64,000 bases of DNA, from positions 682,001 through 746,000 of the forward strand of contig JBLDXI010000074.1 of assembly GCA_047495785.1 (NCBI GenBank), written 5' to 3'. Source of the DNA: Lepidodermella squamata. Lineage: Eukaryota; Animalia; Gastrotricha. The notes below the pieces were generated by a model, which saw nothing but the letters and a program-made list of their open reading frames with translations, ran no database searches and was not told the origin of the DNA. Of this stretch, positions 38,078 to 49,370 are shown piece after piece; positions within the stretch are counted from its first letter, which is position 1, and the number at the start of each line of letters is the position of its first letter. The translations under genes and the position numbers were made by a program.

Positions 38078-40896
38078 ATGATTTTGCAACTAACGATAAT
38101 ATTCGTAGCAGTTCACTGCATTTTCGGTAAAAATATCAATTTTTGATCCGGACTGATCGGAAAATTCGGATCTTTTAGGTCAGTGCCCGGATCCTGGTTT
38201 TGCGCCTAATTCTGTTCGAAATCCTAGTGGCGTCAAATCTTTCAATGAGTCTGATAAAGTGTATTTTTCGTGTTCAACTGGGTACACATTATTTTCGGGG
38301 TCGCTATCAGGTAAAAATATCTGAAAAATTGAAATCATCATGATTCGCAATTTTTGCAGCTGAATGTCTCCCGAACGGTGAATGGTCCGCTGCAACACCA
38401 AATTGTTCAAGTTCGTTTTCATTCCTATTTCGCAATGTTTTCCAAATTTTTCTGAATTTTCTCACCGAAGTAATTAATTGCGGCGATCCCGGGTTCAGTT
38501 TATTCGGTTACCGCTCGATATCCGCTACAACTTACAACTCAACCGTGACATTCTATTGTAACGGCAGTATGTACGAATTTGCATCACCCTACTCGGCAAG
38601 CCTCGCCAACGTCACGCTCACGTGTCAAGGCAATAAACAATGGAGCGGCTCCCTGCCGCAGTGTCAAAGTTCGAAATTCCTCACAGCGGGTGGCATTTTT
38701 GATTGGTTATTGTGATACCTATGCTTTCAGGGAAATCGTGCGGTAAGCCGCCGACAGTGAGCGGCGCCACGGTGACTACAACTGGGCTGCAAATCGGCGA
38801 CACAGCGGTGGGTTGAGAGAGATCAGGATTAAAATTATATTGTTTCAATGATTTTTCTCACACGTGGCTTGGAATTTTATCAGGTTTACTCAGCGGTGTC
38901 CGGATATCGGCTGAATGGAAGCGCTACTTTGACGTGCTCACAGCCCAATAGAGCGTGGCTGCCAGCGGGACAGCCGGTGGCAACAGGTAAAGACAAGAGC
39001 AAACATAAATTAAATTTTCAAAATTCAGGTGAATAGATAAAAAGTAAGGTGACTGCAAAAATTTCGAGATTTTCTGCGACTTTCTCAGCTTCGGAGAACT
39101 AAAAACTTCGACCGAAGAAAGCTGTTCAGGAATTCTCATGAAAATGACTCAGCAATCGGAAAACAGTAAATAGGCCAGTTATAATTTCCAAGTTTTCTTT
39201 CGAAAGAATTTTCGGAAAATTTCGAGATTTCACAAAATTTCAAATTAGCGAATACCTAGCAAAATATCTGATAATTAAAGACATTATTGACTGTATTCTA
39301 ATTTCGAATTTCCCCAGCTTATCACATCAATTTTTGAGTGTCGTTAATTATTTAATTATTCTGGATGTTTCTTTCAAAATCAAATTTCAATCGTTTTTCA
39401 ATTTTCCTTAGCTCGGAAATTATTCGAGATTTGTAAAATTTCCATTCCGCTATTTTCAAGCGGCTTTCACACTTCTGCTTGGTATTATTATTATTCCCGG
39501 AATCCTCCTGGCGGCAAATTTAGCTGTTGAGTTGCCGAAATGTGATTAGCTAAACACGATTCTAAAAATCGCACATTTTAGTGTACCCAGTATTTAATCG
39601 CATTTTGTCGTTATTTACCAAAGTTGTTACGTGCGACGTGCCGCCAGTGTCTCAGAGCACGGTGTGGTCGGCGAATACAAGCCTCGCCCTCTCAAGTTCC
39701 ACGACGGGCACACTGCCGTACTCGAGCGTGATCGAGTCACAGTGCGCGTTCGGCTTTGTGCAAGTCGCCGGCGATAGCGTGCGCCGGTGCCAGGACTCGG
39801 GCACGTGGTCCGGCTCGCCACTCATCTGCCAGCGTGAGTCCACTTGGTTTGGCGCCAAAAAGGCGCGCGCGATTGCGCAACGCGCCAGACTTATTTTTGT
39901 TGTTTGTTATTATTATTCGACAGCGATAACTTGCAACAGCCTGACAATTAGCGGCGCTATTGTTAATCAGCCTTCGAGCGAAATTGGCGCCAACGCTACG
40001 TCGAGCTGCAGACGGGGCTATTATTACACCGGGAAAGGCGATCTCGTGAGAACTTGTTTGCCTACCGGCCTTTGGTCTGGCTCCAACATCATCTGCTCCG
40101 GTAATTAAACACTCAAGGGAATACCGCGAATAATTGCCGAATAAACAAAAATAGATACAAAAAATACAGAATATTATTTTAAAAATCTGATAAAAATTAA
40201 TTATGAATTTTATAGCCGTTCCTTGTGACCGGATTAATTTTACGGCGCCCATCAACGCGTCTATCAGCGTATTTGAATCTGACAGCAATAATTCGTCAGT
40301 GACAATCGGCCTAATTACGGAGTATTACGACGGCGATGGCTTAATTGCGGTCATCAACGCGACTTATGGCGATCGGGTCATGTTCGAGTGCAATAACGGC
40401 ACGAAATGGGCACGTGGGTCGAAAGTGTGGTCGTGTCTGGCAGACGGAACATGGAGCTCGACTACTCCAATCGAATGCAAATGTGAATACGAAAAATGAG
40501 AAAAATATGATTTAATAGGTTTTTTTCAGTGAAAATTCCGCTCCCAGGCATTGATCAACTGCCTCCTGATGACGTGGTCGAGGCAGAAAATGCCGACAAA
40601 TTGGGCAAAGTGATAGCAATTCTGGTATTTTCCGGCTTATTGGGTAATTTTACTGGAAATAAGTATTTAAAATCCTTTTCTTTATTCAACTTCCCTCGAA
40701 ATTTTCAATTTTTCCTTGTCATGAAAAACATTTGTTAACAGCTATCGGAATCGCCGACAGCATTACAATGACACGCGATGCCATGTTAAGGATCAAAATT
40801 CTGAATGGCAAGGCGCCGCTAAATAGCCTGAAAGCTGTCACCACTACAATGGAAGAGGAAGAGCCGCCACAAACGCCGAAAGAGTCGAACGATTAA
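38078..40896 (+). CDS. Type I membrane protein with 6 CCP/sushi domains, paralog A
   Basis: Signal peptide MILQLTIIFVAVHCIFG|QCPDPG; CCP modules (CGDPG, CGKPP, CDVPP..WSGSPLIC, WSGSNIIC, WSSTTPIEC); stalk IPLPGIDQLPPDDVVEAENA; TM VIAILVFSGLLAIGIAD; stop 40896. Confidence 0.85.
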
Positions 40897-41039
40897 GGGC
40901 GCGGCGAATTCCGCGCAATTTCAATAACTATTTTCTTAGAAAAATTTCGCGCTATTTTCGTTTCGTGATAATGAGTATAGGTATTTATTATTTACGCATG
41001 TTTATTGTTTATGTTTATCGTGCGTGTAAATAAAAATTA

Positions 41040-42090
41040 TTGGGCGCGTAACACGTGGTGTCACTTGAGGTCGAGTTGCGTGACATGATCGAGTGCTTCC
41101 ACATGCCGAGCTGCTGTCATCTTTCATCACTTTTCGCACGAGGTCACACATGCGCGTGGGCGGCGGATTATTATTACCTAGACGATGCGCGCGGGGTTAT
41201 TATTTATTGCAGGTTGTTATAAATAGAGGTCGGCCTTCGAGAGGCCTGGGCGCAATAAATTGCAGCAGTAACACGTGCGGCTTGTAATAAACCTCAGCAC
41301 CTAAGGTGTGGGCTAATAAATCGAAGAAAAAAGACGCGGCGATATAATCGCTTTGTTACTAAATCTTAAATGATGCCGATGTTATCAAATTTTGTTTTAT
41401 AACAACCGCGCCGATGTCTATCACTCCTGATGAAAGCGAGCGAAAGGTTTCGACATATGTCAGGGCAGAAACCAGAAAACACCGGAAACACCGGAAATAG
41501 GAGGGAAGACATTCAAAATTCTGATTCAAAATCCTTTAAATTCGAAGTAAGAATTCTATAGGGATCTACATTATACGGTTGGTCAAATATTTTTTCCAGC
41601 CAACTCTGCTATGGGTTTCGTATTGGAATTAAATTTTAAAATTCAATATGGGATATAATTTGAAATAAAATAATTAGGACAATTTGAACAACTTTACCGA
41701 CGGCCCCTATTAACATTAATTTGCTTAAAGTTTATACCTCTAGGGAAAATCACATTCCGTTTTCATTGTTCTTCATTCACAATTTTAAATTAACGTTTCA
41801 CTTCTTGCCCAATCTTCTGGATGGGCGTCAGGCGAAACAAAAAAAACCGAAAAATTTGAACTTGGTAACCTGGACATGACATCGTCGAAGGTGAATGTGA
41901 TTATTAAAAATTCTCTTACACCACCGCGGAGGCGATGAATTATATTCACGTGACTTGCCGAAAAACACGAAGCTCACACGCGGAAAAAACGCACGTGAGC
42001 CCAACAACATCGATGCGGGTTTTAAAAAACCCAAAACCCCTCTACCAGCCGAACTACGAGTGACAGCTGAGAGCGTGAAAGCCGCGTGAA
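41040..42090. promoter_or_regulatory. Candidate enhancer region with clustered E-boxes
   Basis: CACGTG at 41052, 41272 (both within GTAACACGTG), 41947 and 41992; further CACATG/CACGCG/CAGCTG and TTATTA motifs in CpG-rich non-coding DNA. Confidence 0.4.
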
Positions 42091-42183
42091 AACAACAGAG
42101 ACTGATCAATTATTATGTTGTAGCGACAATGCTGGTGGATTTCCAAAATAATCCTATAGACAAAATATTTCTTATTTAATATG

Positions 42184-42542
42184 AAATTCATCGAAATCGA
42201 TCATGCTTATAGGCAATATCTCAGTGGAGCTCGTGGCTCGGCTAAAAATTGCTGAAACACGCGATTGGATAGATTTCCCCAACATTTCGGCATATTACTG
42301 TTACTTCTTAAAAAGAAAGAATAAATTCTGAATTTTCCGTGTTTGTTTCGCGGTGGATGAGAATCATTTTTCGGATATTTTTCCACTACACAAGAAATAA
42401 TAACATGCCAAGATGCTGGAAAATCTACCCAAACCCTGCGTTTCAGCAATTTTTAGCCAAGCCAATAGCGGTATGGTTGATACGGTGGTTCCACTAATAA
42501 CTAAGATTTAGCCAATCGTGATCGATTTCGATCGATGAATTT
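42184..42542. mobile_element. Degenerate foldback/MITE-like element with long imperfect inverted arms
   Basis: TGGCTCGGCTAAAAATTGCTGAAAC (42234-) pairs with GTTTCAGCAATTTTTAGCCAAGCCA (-42464); outer AAATTCATCGAAATCGATCA pairs with TGATCGATTTCGATCGATGAATTT; arms ~125-150 bp. Confidence 0.7.
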
Positions 42543-43234
42543 TACACGACCCATACAATTCCGCCGTGAAGCTGGGAGATGAGAAAATTAGCGGAAAATT
42601 GGCCGCGCTTCCCGCTGTTGTTGTATAACGCCGATTTTTTTGCCTAAGCTGAGTTCAGAAAATTAATAATTCATACAGGCAACCGAAAAAATATCAACGC
42701 CACCTCATTAAATCTGTATGGTTTGACGATAAAACAATTTCATCGCAGTTGTTCATCTTTCGCACGGAATGGAAAGGAATGACCGAAACGCAAAAAGTAG
42801 AAACCACTCTGATAACACACTCTTCATTTACAAAGACAAAATTCCGGAAAAATATAAATATTCGATCATTTCATTCGAAAAATTGTGGCAATCTTTTTAG
42901 TCGATCAACCGGAAATTTCGAGGGCTTGGACGGCGAGTAGTTTTGGCAAGCAAGTTAAGCCTGCTCATTCGTCATAGCTCCAAAAATAGATCAGAAGATA
43001 TTGTTCGTCTTTTGCTCCTGAAATAACGGAAATGTCACAGTTTCTCATCGCTAATATTGGCAGATTTATTTGTTTAATTTACTGAAGCGATAGAGCGGAC
43101 AAGGTGATGTCAGTCATATTCATCGATAATCGTTGCCGCAAAACGTCTAGGGAAATTCATTTACAGAATGAAATCTGTATAGCTTGGGACGCAGCGTTTT
43201 TCATACCAAAAGTTATGGTGAAAAGTGTAACGCT

Positions 43235-46200
43235 ATGAATTTGATGGATCTTGTTGCTTTAACTGTGATCAGCGTTTTGATCGGGATTTCCGGAGGCGTC
43301 GGGTATCACTACAAAAGATATGCCGGTTTCTCGATTGGCCAACAAATTGGACAAGTTTCATTAGCCAGCTTCCAGGTAGGCAGCTATCCATCGGTCAAAA
43401 CTGTTGACGAATGCATGGCTAGATGCAACTCGATACCCGGATGCCAATCTGGCCATTTGAACCTGGTAAATGGAGCTTGCACTTTGTTTAGCTTAACAAT
43501 CGACAGCTCTCGAATCGCTCAGCTTGTCGCAAATGCGAATATGATAGCGTTTGGCACTAGCTCTGCGGGTCTGACAGCGAAATCGTGCAGAAAAGCTTCT
43601 TGCTCGAAATCTCTCTACTTCGACGCCATCTTGAACGCAGCCTGGTCGTCTCCGTGTTGGCGCGAGTTCGCGACGGACCCTGTACCAACTTGCTCGGATG
43701 AAATTCTCAATTACGACAATAGCTACATTAGCGATCTCGGCTTCACAGCTTCATCAACCTCGATTCCTGGGAGCCCTTTCGACGTTCCTCAACAGCAAGG
43801 ATCGCATGGCAGCATCAACGCGCAGCACAACTTGTATTTCTGCTACACCGTCAGCCCACTCGTCGGACAGTGGATTGCCATAGATCTTCAGCGTTTTGTC
43901 TGGGTGACACAGGTCGCTTACCGAAGCATTGAAGCTACATTTGCTATACAGAATATTCAGCCGGAAGTCAGCCATGACGGTGTGAGATACGCCCCTGTCA
44001 CAACGGGGCGGGGTCCGGCGAAGATCTTGCCAACCCCAGGCGGGTTTCAGACTGTTAGCTACGACTTGTTCCGGCCCAGACTGGCTAAACACGTCCGATT
44101 CACGAGCACGACAGAAACTGGCACTGGGACTTTCTACCGATGCGGGCGTTTTCAAGTTCGAGGATCGCCTGCGCTTTGCTTTCAACCTCTGGGTTTGCAA
44201 AGTGGCGATATTGAAGCATCGCAAATTCAACAAAAATTCAATTACTCGCAGCCGTTTTATATTCGGCTTAACTGGGGTATGGCATCGGCGCCATTTTATG
44301 AAGATTCCGTGACCGTAGACCTCTTGAAGGAAACTATTGTAACTGCTGTTCAGATCCAAGGGTGCAGCCAACTCAATGCTTGGACCTCAGCCTTCTATTT
44401 GCAGTACAAAGCCAGGAATGCTGATAACTGGATCGATTTGCTGAAAAACGACGGCTCTCAGGCTTGGGAAGGTAATTCGAATGCTGTGGCCGTAGTGACC
44501 GCTGTTTTCCCTAAACCTGTGGTGGCAAGGTTCTTCAACTTCATCCCAGTGACCTTTTCTGGCACAAAATGCTTCAAACTCGAAATACTTGGGTGTAAAA
44601 GTGAGTATCAAGCATCTAATTTCTTAAATTGGAATTTGACTTTTCAGGCACACCAAAAACTATGCGCAATCTGGCATTCGGAGTAACAGCAAGTTCACCA
44701 TCTGTAGTAACTGGGGAGTATAATGGCTATCAGGTCACTGCAACTTCAATTCTGCAACCGAGGAGCATCAGATACAAGAACATTCAGAACTGCACGAGAT
44801 TTGCCGCATCTAGCTCGACTGATTTTCCCTATGCGACAATCGACTTGGCCTCGACAAAATCTTTCACACAAATAGAAATAGTCGCACCTGATTATCCCCC
44901 GTTTGCAACTCTCAATCCTGATGGCTTATGGCTGTTTGACCTAATGCACGGCTTTGATGACATTTCAGGCAACGGGAATCATGCGGTTGGTTCTAACGAC
45001 CTAAGCTTTGGAACTGGGGTAGACGGCCGACGTGCAGGCGCGTTAGAATTCACCGTGACATCAATTGAGAGAGGCATGCTGATACCGATGACCCAGATAC
45101 ATGTCGATCCTAACAATGGATGGACCTATGCGGCTTGGATCTATCATTCAAGTGCTACATCCGATGTGTATTTTGTGCGATCCTATAGAAAGTATGTTAG
45201 CTTGTCATACTTGTCATAATCCTTTCATACTATCTTTCAAAGTGGAGCATCTGGGATGCTGTTGAAAATCGAATATTCAACAAACAAACTAATCGTTGAT
45301 TATACGTCGGCAACTTCAAGTAGAGCATTTCCTCAACCTACTAGTATTGCAAACACGTCGGCTATAATGCCAATCAATACATGGTCTTTTGTCGCGCTAA
45401 CGATCGAGTGTAAGAGTAACAACGGCCGGTTATTCATCGACAAGAGCGAAAAGGCCATATTCCCTGTTTCGTGTCAGAAGGGTTCTCAGTTGGATTCCTT
45501 CAGCCACTTTCGAGGCGGATGGGTTGGAAAAATTGCCTGCATGCAAATCTATCGAAGGGGCCTTGACGCTTCTGAAATCGATCAAGCAAGTCGATGTCCA
45601 TGGAAACGTGAGGGCAAATTATGTTTAAAGCGCAAAATCTTTTTCTCAATCATTTTTCAAATGATCCTTTAAGCATAATGTTAGATTATTGAAAAAATTA
45701 ATTATATCCTAAAATTATAAAATTTCCGCTAGAGGAATTCTTACCTCACATTTCTGCTATTGAAGGGCTAGATCTACAATAGAAAATGGTTACGGTTACA
45801 TTTAGGCGAAAATTTCGCTTACCCTTTAATTCTGAAGAGCATTGGAAGAGCTTCACTCTACTACAAAATTTCATGATTTGGATTCAGCCCCCACGCCGAC
45901 TGCAATATTCTCTCTTGCTTGTTCCCTCGACGAAACCACCGGTTCTGGATGGCAGTTTGTAGCAAGAGGCAACCCGGTGTGCACCAGTATGATTTCGTCG
46001 TTCAAAGACACGTAAGTTGAAGGACGATGAATGTCGTACATAATGCAGCAGATAATGTTTATTTGTCACTGATTTTCCCACAAAAGAGCTTGGAACTTGC
46101 CCACTACAAGCGACTATCTTTCCTTGGCTATCGGCGCGGCCCCTCAAAACGCGATGGACCTGCAATTTTCTTTCACGATACTCATGCACGTTCGACCAGC

Positions 46201-49063
46201 CACCACTGGAAGCCTGTTTGGATGGTACCTAAGCGAAGCTTCCACCAGCGTGGAAGTGACGCTTTTTGTTTCACCAAATGGAGCTCTAGGCTGGCGTAAA
46301 AAATGCCGCGGTGATGGGACATACTCCAATATCTTATCAACCAAAGCCGTACTGCAGTGGGGTCGCAGAGCATTTATTGGTGTCATTTATGATTTCAGAG
46401 CTTCAAAGATCAGTTTTGTTTACGAGGGTGAAATAACTGATTCAGCAACATTGAATTGTTCGAATGGGATTGCGACGAATTCGAGTTTCTTCCGGTAAAA
46501 CTTGAATGTATTAAAAGTTGAAAGCATATTAGCTTAGTTTTATCCTTTCAGACTCGGTGGGCCGAATTCGGGGACTGGTGAATTTGCTTGCCTCCAAGTT
46601 TACAAGGATGCCGTACTGACTCGTCGTCAGTTGTACTCCCTCAGGAGATGTCCGATAACTTCAAATGCAGACATGACTGCCGTAGCAATGGTACCAATGG
46701 ACTTCAACTTTGGTGGGACGTATGACGTTGTGACTTGGACAGAGGTTTTCACGGCCTCACCAGCAAACGTTTATTTGCAAGGCAGTCCACTGCCGTGGTG
46801 GAGCGGTAGCCCGAACACACAGCGTTTTAATAAGACAACTCAAAACTTCATGACATCTCTCATGTATCCGCCGAGAATGAAACTTGGTGGCAATGGTACA
46901 GCACCCTTTGCAGTGGGAATTTTTGCTAACAACGAGCAAACTACGACAGAGCCTTTAGTCAGTGCAGTAATGCTTCATTCAGGCACCAACAGTGCTCATG
47001 GTATCCGGTTCAATACTCCGTCACAGGCCGAATTCACGGTTTATTGTGGCGCTGCGAAATCAGTGTACCAGAACAACGTTCCCGTCGCAACCTGGAACCA
47101 TTACATCATGACAGCCGATCTAACAGCGGGTTCTCAAGCATTCGTGGGCTTTTACAACGGTGCCTACGTTGGTCAAGCCTCCTTAGTTGGCTGCACAATC
47201 TTTGATTCTGACAATATAAAACTTGCAAGGGTATAACGCTAGATTGACGTCAACCGCATTTTTTGAAGAATTCTTTTATCTAGGATGCTTTGAACAATAA
47301 CTACTTTGGCGGCCAGTTGACTTGCTTCTTCGTCTACCAAGCCTATATAACGCAATACCTAGCAATGGAACTTGCCTCACAATGTCCAACAGTGACTAGA
47401 CTTCAGGGCCACGTCTGCGAGAGCGATCTAACAGTGAATGCTGCCGTCACGTTCAGTTCTAAATTCATCTCAAGCAGTCCAGGTAACGTTGTTCACGGTG
47501 GCTCATCGATTCAGGCAGCATGGGTGGGTAACGCGAGTGTAGCTGGCTCTGTGTCTTGTTGCTGGAGGCCACTATCTTCTTCTCTTAGCGAATTCATTCA
47601 GGCTGACTTTGGCGAGGTAGTTACCATAACTTCGGTGGCAACTCAGGGTGACGAACTCTACAATTGCTTTGTCACTGCCTTTCACCTTGAATACAGCAAC
47701 ACCGGCCTTGCTTACACGACTTTCAATGATAGAGCCAGGACAGCTGGCACCGTCAAATCGTTCACGGCCAATACGGAAGCGGCGACAGTGATTTGGAACT
47801 TTGTGCGGCCTTTCATCATCGCACGTTACCTGAGACTGTATCCAGACACATGGACATCGCAGATTTGCTTACGATGGCTTGTCAGAGGCTGCGCAAGTGA
47901 GCTCTATTTCCAAACTTTTTAGAAGATCAACGAATTTTAAAATTTAAGATATGATGTGCAGTGTCGAGCTGTTTGACGGCGACGCGACGGTTTCGGCATC
48001 GAGTGCTACAACGCCGGGTGATTTCAGACGCAACGGCTTGAACGGTGCCGATTGGGTTCCTCTACCCAGTGATAAGCAGCCCTACTTCCAGCTAGATTTC
48101 ACCGAGGCTAAACTGATCAACACCGTTGCAGTTCAATCTAGCAAAACACTCGTCGCTTCAATCACGAAATACCACCTGATGTCACGCTTGGCTGATTCGG
48201 CGAGTAGATGGCTGGCTTATGTGTGGAACAACGGATCGACCATTCGAATTTTTGACGGTCCTGCAACTGGACCCGACTCGGCGCCTTTAATGAGCTATCT
48301 GAACCCTGCATTCGCCGCAGTTTCAGTTCGATTCTACGTTGACGACTTCAACTCTCAACCCGTAGGAAGATTCAGCGTGAAGGGGTGCAGCTACGTAAAT
48401 GACATTGGATTCGCCAGCACTGGGCTAACAGTTCGTTTAGCAAATTCGACCCCAACTACGGCGGCTGAGGTATCAAGTCTACCGAGATTCGCTGCGGATG
48501 TCGAAGCCTTCCCGTACAGATCTCATGTTCTCCTCACGTCGTATCCTGGAAATTCAAGTAGATACCTAGTCGTAGCTGCAAAGAGTCCTGATTTCTTACT
48601 CTGTCAAGTTAGCGTTGGTTACGATGAAGCAACAAACTTTGCTCTATGGAAGACAGTAACGTCGTCCAATTTCAACTTGACAACAAACGCTGGCTTGACT
48701 GATGGCGATTCTGCGACAGACCCTATTGGCCCACAACCTGCTACATCTGGCCTGTATTTTCAAGTGGATTTGGGCTCTTCTTTCCCGGCTATTTCAAAAA
48801 TTGTTCTAACACTATCTGCAAGCAACGGCTGGATAAATTATGCCAATCCAGTTGGATTCAGATTGGTCATTCGTGTCGGCGATGCAGCTGCGGCAAACCA
48901 GCAAAATGAAATTTGTGATTTCTACGATGGGTATCGCATCCCGAGTGTTGTTGCGGGGCAGTCACTGGAAGTGTTTTGCACCCCACCAATAGCTGGACGC
49001 TACGTCACGGTTGAGAAAATCGGCCAAATTCAGATTCTATTCACCGAAATTCGCATATTCTAA
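43235..49063 (+). CDS. Large secreted mosaic lectin-like protein: signal peptide, PAN/Apple, 2x F5/8 type C, split F-type lectin enclosing 3x LamG/pentraxin-like + 2x F5/8C, terminal F-type lectin
   Basis: MNLMDLVALTVISVLIGISGG; ECMARCNSIPGCQS..GACTL (PAN); QWIAIDL, CFQPLGLQSG..TAVQIQG..LEILGC, FIQADFG..VATQG..LRWLVRGC (FA58C); LWLFD..DDISGNGNH..IACMQIY (LamG); NFALWK..YFQVDLG..IRVGD..AGRYVTV (FTL); 8 exons; no TM; AATAAA 49158. Confidence 0.85.
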
Positions 49064-49370
49064 CATATTTATTCTTTATTTTGCAATTTTCTAATTTCTG
49101 TCCAAAGCTCCCTCTCCAGCCTGGTTTAACCTGTTAGATTGCTTTCCTGAATTTTGAAATAAACATGCTTCTGTTGATCAGCTTCGGACGGTTTAATGCG
49201 TGTCGTCAAGTCGGCAATGCGTATCTAATGAAGAGGAGGCACTCAGTCTGTAGGATCTGCTTGTTCGATGAATGCATAATCAGGTCGCCGCAAAAAATCT
49301 GAGAAACCCTCATCATCCATCCGATAGTTTACCATTTTTTCTTATTGATCATTATTACTAGACAAGGGCG

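Noticed and set aside
39040-39450. Three TTCGAGATTT-centred motifs in a sushi A intron
   Set aside because: Too degenerate and irregularly spaced to call a repeat unit.
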